From IMG/VR virus record IMGVR_UViG_3300043777_000022, positions 4,544-68,543 of that record: DNA of 64,000 nucleotides. The stretch is one strand, 5' to 3'. The notes under the pieces were generated by a model. The model saw only the letters and a program-made list of their open reading frames with translations, was not told the DNA's origin and searched no databases. Both the position numbers and the translations under genes were made by a program. Numbering within the stretch: position 1 is the first letter of the stretch; each line of letters begins with the position of its first letter. Of the stretch, positions 56,255 to 64,000 are shown piece by piece. This stretch comes from a virus.

Positions 56255-58495
56255 TTATTGCCAGTTAACTATTGCTGCACCCGCAGGCGTCTTTGGCTGT
56301 TTCCAGCCACCGTCGTAAAACCAAAACTGATGATTGGTCGTATCATAAACCATCGCGATACGACCAGTCATTGCTGTTGGGGTCCCGGTCGGCGTCCCTG
56401 CACAGGTAGGAATGTAAAGAAAACCATCTGTTGCATTCGTTGCGAGCGCAGCGTTGCCAACAACAACGCTTTGGGTTCCACCCTTTAGTGTCAAGGCAGG
56501 AAGCGCAGTATTTTGAACGCCAGACGATGCTGTGCTTTGCGTTGTTTTAAGAACAATATCGCCCCCAGCACCAGAACCGTTGCTAAGAGAACCCTGCATC
56601 GTCCAGGTAACGCCAGCAGTATTGGCGTTACCAGCAACGACGTTCTGCACTCCAAGTGTCTGAGCTATCGGCGATGCGGCGTCATAATAACCAAATTGAA
56701 GATGGGCAGCGCCACCGCGCACAAGCAATACATCGGGATTTTGTGATGCCTGATAAGCCGCATTGTCAAACCCCAGCGCCCCTACCGTGCCATCGGAATG
56801 AATTGAAGTGACGCCTGCTCCCGTCCTAAACCATGACCAGCCGTACACCGGATCAATGAAAGAAAACTCCGCTGGCTGAAAACCACCGGCCTGATTAAGC
56901 GGCATAACTTGAGTGGAAAGAGAAGCAAATTGGATGGCATCTGTGTCGCCGTTCGCCGTCTCAAACAGAAAGAAAATATAGTTTTGCGAGGCGTTCGTGA
57001 AATTAATGCCGTGAGTGGCACCACCACCAATAGACATCAAGATATAATCAGAAGGGCCGTTCGGTACTACAAACCCGATACCTCCTGTCTGTGCGGTAAA
57101 AGAACCGCCCGAGAGGGTCAGCGTTGTGTTTTCAGTTAGAGTCCCTCCATTATCAACGAGAAGCTGCCCAGCAGACCCGCCGCTAATCGGAGTCGAGTTG
57201 TTGATGAGGCTGGTAGTACCGCCAGACCCAATAACCCAGGGATACCATTGGTTAGTTGCCTGATCGTATTTCATCCCGAAGCCGCTATTGGCGGCCAGGG
57301 TAGTGGGGGCGCCAGTGATGGTGCTCCCATCCGTTGTCGCAACCGTTAGCGCGGTGATTGTTTTTGTGGTGGAAATAACCGCGATTACGCTATTGACCGG
57401 CCAAGAACCATTTGGGATGTTGAAAATCGGCGGCAAATTAATGGTTAGAGTTGCGAGAGTTCCTGACGGAGTAAGAATTTGATGTGGATAAAGCAACTGC
57501 ATATTGACAGTGCCGCCCGTTGTGGGGGTGGCAATGTTTTGCAGAGGCAGATAACCATCGGTATTTTGTTCGCAGTAAGTCCCGCCTTCCTCGACAATGC
57601 CGGGCTGATCGCCGGGAAAGTGATTTACATCGGCAATTGTACCGGACCCGGTAGATGGAACCGCAATAACACCGCTGGCGCCGACAAAAAACTTTTGTGT
57701 AGGAGAGGCCGGGGCGTTGATATAAGTTGCGGTATCTTGTAAATAGCCTCCGTTGCTTGCTGCGGTAAACCCGTCCACACAATTCGATGTGTTGTCTATT
57801 GTTACGGTTGCCTGATTAAAGACCTGGCCGCCGTTGCTAGCTTCAAAAAAGCTATTGCAATTGCCACTCATGGCCCCGGTCCCGGCAATTGAAATAATGG
57901 CGCCGGGGGAGCGACAAGCAATGTGCGCCCCGTTATTCTGCTCTAAGGTTTTCCAGTCCCCATTAATCCAGCCGAGTTGAAGATTGCATACAGCATAGTT
58001 GATAATGCAACCTTGGCCGCCACCACCACTAGGATCACAAAAGGTCGCGGAGTCGAGGTTTACGACGCTTCCTATTAGACTGCCCGCTTCCTCACCAAAG
58101 TTTAGACCGTTAATTGTCGTTGTGGATGAGCCTGCACCGAAGATGCTGACGGTTAGAAATCCAACCCAGGTTTGAACAACAGAGGCGGTGTATGGGCCCG
58201 CCCCCACGAGATTGATTGTTAGATTATTCCCGCCGCCATCGAGTGTGGTCGCGGTATAATCGCAAGCATGTTGTAGAGTTTTCCACGGCAACAGCGCCGT
58301 CCCCGGATTGCTGTCACTGCCGGTTGCGGAATTGACGTAGTAGGAGGCGTTGCCGGGGAGGAGGGTGCGTCCGATCAAGAGGCTTGTGGTAAATGCAGCG
58401 TCAGCCCCGCCAGATACCGTATAAATAGGCTCCGACCCTGTCAGCGAACTGAGGGGGTTGGCCGTTAGTATCTGTTCTAGAGTTTTGCTAGTCAT
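56255..58495 (-). CDS. Tailspike/fibre with beta-helix-like region
   Basis: YYVN..TGSDSNPG...PWKTLQHA; C-terminal ATNATDGFLYIPTCAGTPTG. Confidence 0.75.
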   Translation of the reverse strand: MTSKTLEQILTANPLSSLTGSEPIYTVSGGADAAFTTSLLIGRTLLPGNASYYVNSATGSDSNPGTALLPWKTLQHACDYTATTLDGGGNNLTINLVGAGPYTASVVQTWVGFLTVSIFGAGSSTTTINGLNFGEEAGSLIGSVVNLDSATFCDPSGGGGQGCIINYAVCNLQLGWINGDWKTLEQNNGAHIACRSPGAIISIAGTGAMSGNCNSFFEASNGGQVFNQATVTIDNTSNCVDGFTAASNGGYLQDTATYINAPASPTQKFFVGASGVIAVPSTGSGTIADVNHFPGDQPGIVEEGGTYCEQNTDGYLPLQNIATPTTGGTVNMQLLYPHQILTPSGTLATLTINLPPIFNIPNGSWPVNSVIAVISTTKTITALTVATTDGSTITGAPTTLAANSGFGMKYDQATNQWYPWVIGSGGTTSLINNSTPISGGSAGQLLVDNGGTLTENTTLTLSGGSFTAQTGGIGFVVPNGPSDYILMSIGGGATHGINFTNASQNYIFFLFETANGDTDAIQFASLSTQVMPLNQAGGFQPAEFSFIDPVYGWSWFRTGAGVTSIHSDGTVGALGFDNAAYQASQNPDVLLVRGGAAHLQFGYYDAASPIAQTLGVQNVVAGNANTAGVTWTMQGSLSNGSGAGGDIVLKTTQSTASSGVQNTALPALTLKGGTQSVVVGNAALATNATDGFLYIPTCAGTPTGTPTAMTGRIAMVYDTTNHQFWFYDGGWKQPKTPAGAAIVNWQ

Positions 58496-58496
58496 G

Positions 58497-58688
58497 TTAA
58501 CTTATGATCAACAAGTGATCTGTCCCATCAACGAGCAGTAAGAAATCAGTACCGTCAGCTAACAATAGTGCATCCGCACCTGAAGGAGGGCCGGGGGGCG
58601 GCATTGGTCCTGCGACATAATTTATGACAGGGGCAGTATCTACCCTCTTATGTCGTCGCATAAGAATGTTGGGGACGGCGAAGGCCAC
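58497..58688 (-). CDS. Small virion protein (LLLADGTDFLLL repeat)
   Basis: ORF track. Confidence 0.55.
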   Translation of the reverse strand: MAFAVPNILMRRHKRVDTAPVINYVAGPMPPPGPPSGADALLLADGTDFLLLVDGTDHLLIIS

Positions 58689-58694
58689 CGGGCG

Positions 58695-59246
58695 TTACCT
58701 CGCGCCAATGCTTCGCAAGAACTCCGTGTGATGGTCAACCAATTCTTTGTGTTCGGCGCTCTTGGCTTTAACTTTATTAGTCCATTCAGCGTGTTCGGCC
58801 TGAAGCGACCCCAATTGCTGTCGGGTATCCGCAATGTTGGCTTCGAGAGCCACTTGCTCCTTAGACAGAGCAGCCGCCTTATCTTGGTGTTCGGCGTGCA
58901 TTTCGTCAAGCTTGTCTTTGCGCTCTTTAACGACGCGATTGGTTTCGGCCAAGGCTTGGTCTAGCAGCCGGTCACCTTCTAGACGCTTTCCGTCGCGATA
59001 TTTGTCTCCATCCGCGACAAGCCTAGCCGCTTCAATTTCGGCATTGCGCTTGTATTCGTCGTGGCTTGAAGTCTCGCGCTGGATCGTGTCGTAAGTGTCT
59101 TTCAACGTCGCTTGCGCGGCTTCGACTTCAGCATGCAACTGCACCAAATCCGACAACACTTCGGCCAGCGCCAGCACGTTCTTATGCTTAGCTGCCTCTC
59201 GTTGGATTTCGTGCAGTGCCCCGTTCAGGATTGCTGGGTCGATCAT
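58695..59246 (-). CDS. Coiled-coil protein
   Basis: Heptad-rich; coupled. Confidence 0.65.
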   Translation of the reverse strand: MIDPAILNGALHEIQREAAKHKNVLALAEVLSDLVQLHAEVEAAQATLKDTYDTIQRETSSHDEYKRNAEIEAARLVADGDKYRDGKRLEGDRLLDQALAETNRVVKERKDKLDEMHAEHQDKAAALSKEQVALEANIADTRQQLGSLQAEHAEWTNKVKAKSAEHKELVDHHTEFLRSIGAR

Positions 59247-59638
59247 TATACGCCCTTGATCATTTCTAGCGTAATCGTATACACGTAGTTCAGGGTGAAG
59301 CCCTGCGTGGAAATTAAGATGTTTCCAGTGGCGTTCGGACCCCCGTTGTTGGTAATTCCCCCGAAAGAGCGGAAGTCGCTGAAGCTGAAGCCGTTCAGGT
59401 CCATCATATCAGTGGGAATGGGAGGAGAATCCCAGTACAGACGGACGATGCCACCCGGAGTGACGTCGTAGTGGATTTTAGTGACTTTGAGGGTGGTGCC
59501 CGGATTGGGATTTAGAGCAGACACAGTGACAATAGGAGTCACGGCCTGATCTAAACCGCCTGACAAGAACGTTGCTTTGACTACAACGTTTCGCGCCCCG
59601 TCATGCAGGAGTTGAAGCGTACTGACGGGAGCGGGCAT
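59246..59638 (-). CDS. Virion structural protein
   Basis: Beta-rich; DG.RNVVVK, FGG..NN.G...TG.I. Confidence 0.65.
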   Translation of the reverse strand: MPAPVSTLQLLHDGARNVVVKATFLSGGLDQAVTPIVTVSALNPNPGTTLKVTKIHYDVTPGGIVRLYWDSPPIPTDMMDLNGFSFSDFRSFGGITNNGGPNATGNILISTQGFTLNYVYTITLEMIKGV

Positions 59639-59641
59639 TCA

Positions 59642-60196
59642 TTAGACCTCTTCCCAAATCAATGAGATATCGCAAACGGTGGTGGTGGCAATGTTGCCGC
59701 CAACCACGATCAAAGCACCCTGCGGAACGATCACCGTGCCATCAAACTTGGTTAGCGACGTGAAGTAGGGAGCCGAAGTGGTGGCACCGGTCGTGGTAAG
59801 CTGCGACGTGCCAGTGGTCAATAGCAACGAACAACCAGTGGTAAGGGTGGCGGTTCCAGGGAAGAACCGCATGACCGAAGTGTTGCCCGCGCCCAACAGG
59901 CCATTTACCGGAGCGACAGCAGTAATAGCAGTAACCGGAGAACCGGTGCCAATCTGCGAACCCGCGCCGGTCTGATAGCCAACAACGAAGTTGGACGGGG
60001 CGGCGGTCGTGGAGACGAAACCAATCGCTAGGCTGATAAGATAGGCATTCTTACCGGAGCCTAGCGGGTTCCACAAACCAAACACCGCAGCGGTATTGCT
60101 GTAGGCGGGAACGGTGACGCCCGCCGCAGCAGTAGTACCGACAAACACCTGCCCAAGCAGTGCGTCGAGAGCAAACCGACCTGAAATTTGAGCCAT
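59642..60196 (-). CDS. Virion structural protein, paralog of 60211-60900
   Basis: F.L.NP..S..N; FDG.VI.P.G; W.E. Confidence 0.7.
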   Translation of the reverse strand: MAQISGRFALDALLGQVFVGTTAAAGVTVPAYSNTAAVFGLWNPLGSGKNAYLISLAIGFVSTTAAPSNFVVGYQTGAGSQIGTGSPVTAITAVAPVNGLLGAGNTSVMRFFPGTATLTTGCSLLLTTGTSQLTTTGATTSAPYFTSLTKFDGTVIVPQGALIVVGGNIATTTVCDISLIWEEV

Positions 60197-60210
60197 TTAA
60201 AAAGTTCTCC

Positions 60211-60900
60211 TTAGATCGGGTATTCGGCCCAAGTGATGCCCAGGTCCATGCCCGAAGCAGTGGAAGCAGCAGTGGACATGGCAACCGAGACCACAGACCC
60301 CGGGGGCAGGATGACCTTGCCATCAAAGTCGTAGTGGCAGGGAGTGTTGCCCGTGGTAGTGACCGCGCCGTAAGTGCCGAGGATTTTGATACGGACCGGG
60401 GTGCCCGAATGGGTAAGGGCCGAATAGAACTGGCCCTGACCGGCCGCCGAAGTCGGATTGGCACCAAAATAGTTAGTGCCGAGGACGCCAATAGTGGTGA
60501 AGGTGGCCAATTGAGCGGTGGGCGAACCCTGCCAATAAAGGCCAACGGCATCCACAACGGTCGTCGCCAGGACGGTAGCGTAGTCGAAGTCAACGAGTTC
60601 CAGGTTGACAGTCGAAGTCAGCGGGTTGTAGAGCGAAAACACCGAGACCATGGTAGAGGCAATATGGGGGACGGTAACGGCAGTCACGTTGGCCGAATAA
60701 AGAATCTTGCGATAAGCCGACGTGTAAAACTTGCCATGGAGTTCGGTGATGACCGCTTCACCCGACTTACCACCAAGCTGCGGATTATACGTGGCATCCG
60801 GCAAACTCTGCGGGGGAGTCTGAGTAAAGACTTCATTTTGGGTAACGACAACGCTCATAGTGCAGGTCCCCTGATTGTCACCGGAAATGCCAGTAGCCAT
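60211..60900 (-). CDS. Virion structural protein
   Basis: Paralog of 59642-60196. Confidence 0.7.
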   Translation of the reverse strand: MATGISGDNQGTCTMSVVVTQNEVFTQTPPQSLPDATYNPQLGGKSGEAVITELHGKFYTSAYRKILYSANVTAVTVPHIASTMVSVFSLYNPLTSTVNLELVDFDYATVLATTVVDAVGLYWQGSPTAQLATFTTIGVLGTNYFGANPTSAAGQGQFYSALTHSGTPVRIKILGTYGAVTTTGNTPCHYDFDGKVILPPGSVVSVAMSTAASTASGMDLGITWAEYPI

Positions 60901-60946
60901 GTTAAATGTTCCCTAGAATAGCATACGCCGGTTGGTTAAGCAATAT

Positions 60947-61291
60947 TTAAGCCGATCCTTCGGCCTGAATGACGGATAGTGTGATGGGAAGAACAGATGA
61001 ATTTGTATTTAATACCTGCAGCCTTACTTTGGTGACGGGGTAGGCCAAGCTGTTGTTTGCACTAACAGTCAGACCTTGTAGAACGTCGTGAAGGTTCCAG
61101 AAGCCCCCAGCAGAGTTGCCCGTATAAGAATACTTTACAGGGTCATCCCCGGAGACTTGAACGTTGTAAGTACAAGAGACGCCAGCCGGGACGGTCACTA
61201 GAATGCCGACCCCGTACTTGAACTGCTTCAAGTCGATGGGAATGGAAGGACTAGTCCCCGCCGCCGTAAGTTGTCGTTGCTGAGAAGCCAT
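60947..61291 (-). CDS. Virion structural protein
   Basis: Beta-sandwich-like; SD GGAG. Confidence 0.65.
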   Translation of the reverse strand: MASQQRQLTAAGTSPSIPIDLKQFKYGVGILVTVPAGVSCTYNVQVSGDDPVKYSYTGNSAGGFWNLHDVLQGLTVSANNSLAYPVTKVRLQVLNTNSSVLPITLSVIQAEGSA

Positions 61292-61294
61292 TTA

Positions 61295-62221
61295 TTACTC
61301 CGTAAACTGCGCGACACCAAACAGTCCAGTAGACAAGGTGCTGTTAGTAAGGCGCGCAGCCGAAGGCGCTACGGAAAGGGTATACGCCGCATTAGTGAGG
61401 ATAGTGGTCCCGCGAACGTCGCCAGTAGTCGCCGTGGCAGGAGAAGTGGTAACGGCGGCCACTATGGTCAGGTTGGTAGTAATGCCCGTACCCGACAGCC
61501 AAACGTTGACATAACCCGCCTTATCGGAGGCGAGATTAAGACCCGTAATGAGCGTGGTGCCGACACTGTAAGTGTAGGTGGCGTCGGTGAATTGCGGAGT
61601 AACCGACGTGATCCACTTCCAGGCCTTCTTACCGTTGACCGAAGTGTTGGCCACGTTGGTAATCGACTCAGCCATCGGATAGCCGTAAACGTCGTAGCCG
61701 CGCACGATAAACGCGCCGCCCGCCGCCGAAGCGTTGGTGCTGGTAATCTGAACCGCACAGGCCCAAGCCTTAGTCGGATCGTAATAGGCCGTGATATCGC
61801 GGGAACCAAGGAACAGATACCCCATCTGCGTACCCATAGCGAGGGTGCCAGAAGGAATAACGTTGAGGGAAGGCATCGCGGTAAGCGCGGCCGAAGTGAC
61901 AGTAACACCAGCGCCGGTAGTAGTAACGAGCGCCATCGGGGTGCCATTAACCACAGTATTCGCGGCCGCAATATTAGTGGTAGAAGCCGCAGGCGGGGTG
62001 TAGTCAAGAACTGTGACGTCGTTCACGCCTGCCCAGCCGACAGCGGCGGCAGCGTTGCCGTTACCGAGGCCGTTAGCTAGGTTCCAGGGAAGACGCTGAT
62101 CGAGTAAATTCGAGCCGCCGTACATAAGCGACGGGGCGGAATCCGGGGCGTTGTTGGCATTGCCGGTAGCGGACCGCTGTTGGACGATATGAGCGGGCGC
62201 AGTAAGGGCAGAGCGTGCCAT
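61295..62221 (-). CDS. Virion structural protein (GYDVYGYPMAESI...GKKAWK)
   Basis: Structural-module position; SD AAGGAG. Confidence 0.75.
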   Translation of the reverse strand: MARSALTAPAHIVQQRSATGNANNAPDSAPSLMYGGSNLLDQRLPWNLANGLGNGNAAAAVGWAGVNDVTVLDYTPPAASTTNIAAANTVVNGTPMALVTTTGAGVTVTSAALTAMPSLNVIPSGTLAMGTQMGYLFLGSRDITAYYDPTKAWACAVQITSTNASAAGGAFIVRGYDVYGYPMAESITNVANTSVNGKKAWKWITSVTPQFTDATYTYSVGTTLITGLNLASDKAGYVNVWLSGTGITTNLTIVAAVTTSPATATTGDVRGTTILTNAAYTLSVAPSAARLTNSTLSTGLFGVAQFTE

Positions 62222-62292
62222 CGGACGAAACTCCTTGCGTGTGGGCCGAGACCCACGGGACGCCTCAGGGTTCGCCTAAGGCTTACGCAAGG

Positions 62293-62321
62293 AGTATAAC
62301 ACGCTCTTAAGAATAAGTCTA
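62293..62321 (-). promoter_or_regulatory. Promoter TAGACT-N17-TATACT
   Basis: Extended TG; overlaps 5' arm of an SD-sequestering stem. Confidence 0.65.
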
Positions 62322-62324
62322 GAT

Positions 62325-62945
62325 TTAAATGAAGTCACTCTGAGCGGCCAATAGTTGCCGTTTAGCATCCTCCAAGACCATATAAGGGTCTTTCCTAGCG
62401 GAGTGTCTGGCCAAATAGACAATCAATTTACATAACAAGTCAATAGAATCGTCAGCATGGCCTAAAATAGCATTACATTTGTTGTCTAGAAGCTGGCGAA
62501 CTACCCCCGTCTTGTGGTCGTGATCCACAGCCAATTGTCTGACGACTCCTTGCTGGGCCTGCGTCTCGGGGTTCCCACATACTGCGCATCTACCCTCCTG
62601 AATGCGTAGCATTTCATCATAAATAGCTAGACTTATGCCGTACTTCCTCTTGTATCGTACTTCTCGATCATAATCGGGTCTGACTTCTCTATATCGTTTG
62701 TTATACTCCCTTACTTGTTGTGGGTCGTTGTGATCAAACGATTCGTCCAGCCTCACTTTTTTCCAATAAAAATTGTTCGGCCCCCAGGGCTGAGACAAAT
62801 CCTTCTTGGCTAGATAATGACGTTCGGGCTTCTCTCCCACGTCCTTCTCGAATACCAAATAGTCGTCCCATTTCGAGTCTACCCGTCCCTTGTTGTTTTG
62901 CCTAAGTGCTTTCCACGAAAAATAGAGTTTGCTCTTCCTAGCCAT
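62325..62945 (-). CDS. Endonuclease VII-family homing endonuclease
   Basis: KYGIS...Q.G.CAVC, LAVDHDHKTG.VRQLL...CN..LG. Confidence 0.85.
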   Translation of the reverse strand: MARKSKLYFSWKALRQNNKGRVDSKWDDYLVFEKDVGEKPERHYLAKKDLSQPWGPNNFYWKKVRLDESFDHNDPQQVREYNKRYREVRPDYDREVRYKRKYGISLAIYDEMLRIQEGRCAVCGNPETQAQQGVVRQLAVDHDHKTGVVRQLLDNKCNAILGHADDSIDLLCKLIVYLARHSARKDPYMVLEDAKRQLLAAQSDFI

Positions 62946-62980
62946 AAGTTTACTCCCACTACTGAGTTAACAATAGTGGG

Positions 62981-63009
62981 AGTATAGCACACTAAGGGGC
63001 TGTCGTCAA
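62981..63009 (-). promoter_or_regulatory. Promoter TTGACG-N17-TATACT
   Basis: Near consensus with extended TG. Confidence 0.75.
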
Positions 63010-63018
63010 GATAGTGTT

Positions 63019-63930
63019 TTAGACACCAGCAGTTCCGAAGAGACCTCTGAAGTCAGTCCAACCGAACACGTAACGCTCATAGCAAGCTGCTTTGGCATTC
63101 TTAGTGTCGAAATCGTTGTCCTGATCAAAACTGATTTTCTCACGTACAAAGTATTGCATTGAACGCGGAATGTTGGTCCGAATGAACCACGCCGTGGCCG
63201 AAGAGAAGTAGTGATTGACCTTAATGCCCTTCGGAATGGCGTTCGTCGCCCGCAACACGTTAATCGCGTTGTTGGCAGTGTCGTTCTGGAGGATCGACTT
63301 CAGAACGCGGTTGGACTCGAACCAAAGCTGCGGAGGAACGTGCAGCGATTGGGGAAGGTTGGAGATACGCAGACCACGGTTATTTTGGGTCTGCATGATC
63401 TGGATGACCAAGTCCTCAATCGCGGCCTCGGACAAGTCCGCCGCCGTGGTCAACTGATTAGACTGATTACCCGCAAGGGTGGGGTGAGCAGTGTTGATCA
63501 GTGAGACGCCGTCGCCGCCAGTATAGGTGGAGTTGAAGGCGTTATTGTAGACGTTCGCACCAACGTTCTCTTTGGTCTGGCGCATCGAGAATGCCAGGGC
63601 CTGAGCGCGCCGCTTGGAAACCACCTCGTAAAGGTCGTCCCGAAGCTCTTCGTAGGTGACGATGTAACCGAGAGCGTACGCCACGTTGGTGTAACGGGAC
63701 ACCGCGCCCTGGGTTTCGGTATCATAGACAATGGCCGTGCCTTCGGGCTTAACCGGGGCCAGACCGAAGCCCGTGATTTCCACGTCCTCTTCGTAGGCTT
63801 TGTCGGAAGTCTCCGCCTCGAACAATTCCGGAAACTCTTCCATATGTTCGTTGTACATGCGGCCCCACCAAGCGTGGATACCGGGCCACAAAGCTTTCGG
63901 GTGTGCGCCAGTTGTAATAACGGTTGCCAT
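63019..63930 (-). CDS. Major capsid protein
   Basis: GFGLAPVKPEG, YALGY.VT.E, LA.SMRQTKE, GGDGVSL....HP, ERY.FGW.D.RG. Confidence 0.9.
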   Translation of the reverse strand: MATVITTGAHPKALWPGIHAWWGRMYNEHMEEFPELFEAETSDKAYEEDVEITGFGLAPVKPEGTAIVYDTETQGAVSRYTNVAYALGYIVTYEELRDDLYEVVSKRRAQALAFSMRQTKENVGANVYNNAFNSTYTGGDGVSLINTAHPTLAGNQSNQLTTAADLSEAAIEDLVIQIMQTQNNRGLRISNLPQSLHVPPQLWFESNRVLKSILQNDTANNAINVLRATNAIPKGIKVNHYFSSATAWFIRTNIPRSMQYFVREKISFDQDNDFDTKNAKAACYERYVFGWTDFRGLFGTAGV

Positions 63931-63933
63931 TGA

Positions 63934-64000
63934 TTAAACTCCCGCCGTTTGCCAATTGTACTGGTAGTTATTCAACTTAACCAGCCACTTGGCGTTCATG
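63934..64000 (-). CDS. 3' end of capsid-associated gene (...NAKWLVKLNNYQYNWQTAGV)
   Basis: Open frame ending just before the MCP start; truncated by window. Confidence 0.6.
   Translation of the reverse strand, partial: MNAKWLVKLNNYQYNWQTAGV

Noticed and set aside
1-64000. Stop-codon reassignment
   Set aside because: Core genes are full length in the standard code and all three stops are used

Overview
The window is most of a tailed-phage genome with P22-like head/tail genes. It starts inside the portal gene and ends just upstream of the major capsid gene. The host is probably alphaproteobacterial (Hyphomicrobiales-like accessory genes; inference). Layout: leftward packaging and accessory genes (1-15.6 kb), a mostly non-coding divergence region (~15.7-16.3 kb), rightward early and replication genes (16.3-41.8 kb), and leftward virion and lysis genes (64-41.9 kb). 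No integrase was recognised. Highlights: (1) 16 small genes in three arrays, most with variable SH3/KOW-like N-domains, all ending in a constant helix (P-x-[ST]-x-[LF]E-xx-[IL]-xx-Y[IV]-xx-[EQ]-xx-ELG[LI]) whose last codons often double as the next gene's Shine-Dalgarno; three copies are frameshifted. (2) A purZ-mazZ-datZ 2-aminoadenine (Z-genome) cluster containing a PQ-loop/SemiSWEET-like membrane gene, next to a PolA with unusual motif substitutions. (3) A type II hammerhead ribozyme fold between early genes. (4) Five unrelated proteins, including an ADP-ribosyltransferase, sharing an N-terminal M-x-[KD]-F-A-[WF] peptide. (5) A tRNA-Glu-like gene with an 8-nt anticodon loop, several leaderless-type promoters and two SD-sequestering hairpins. 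All calls are by eye; no searches were run.
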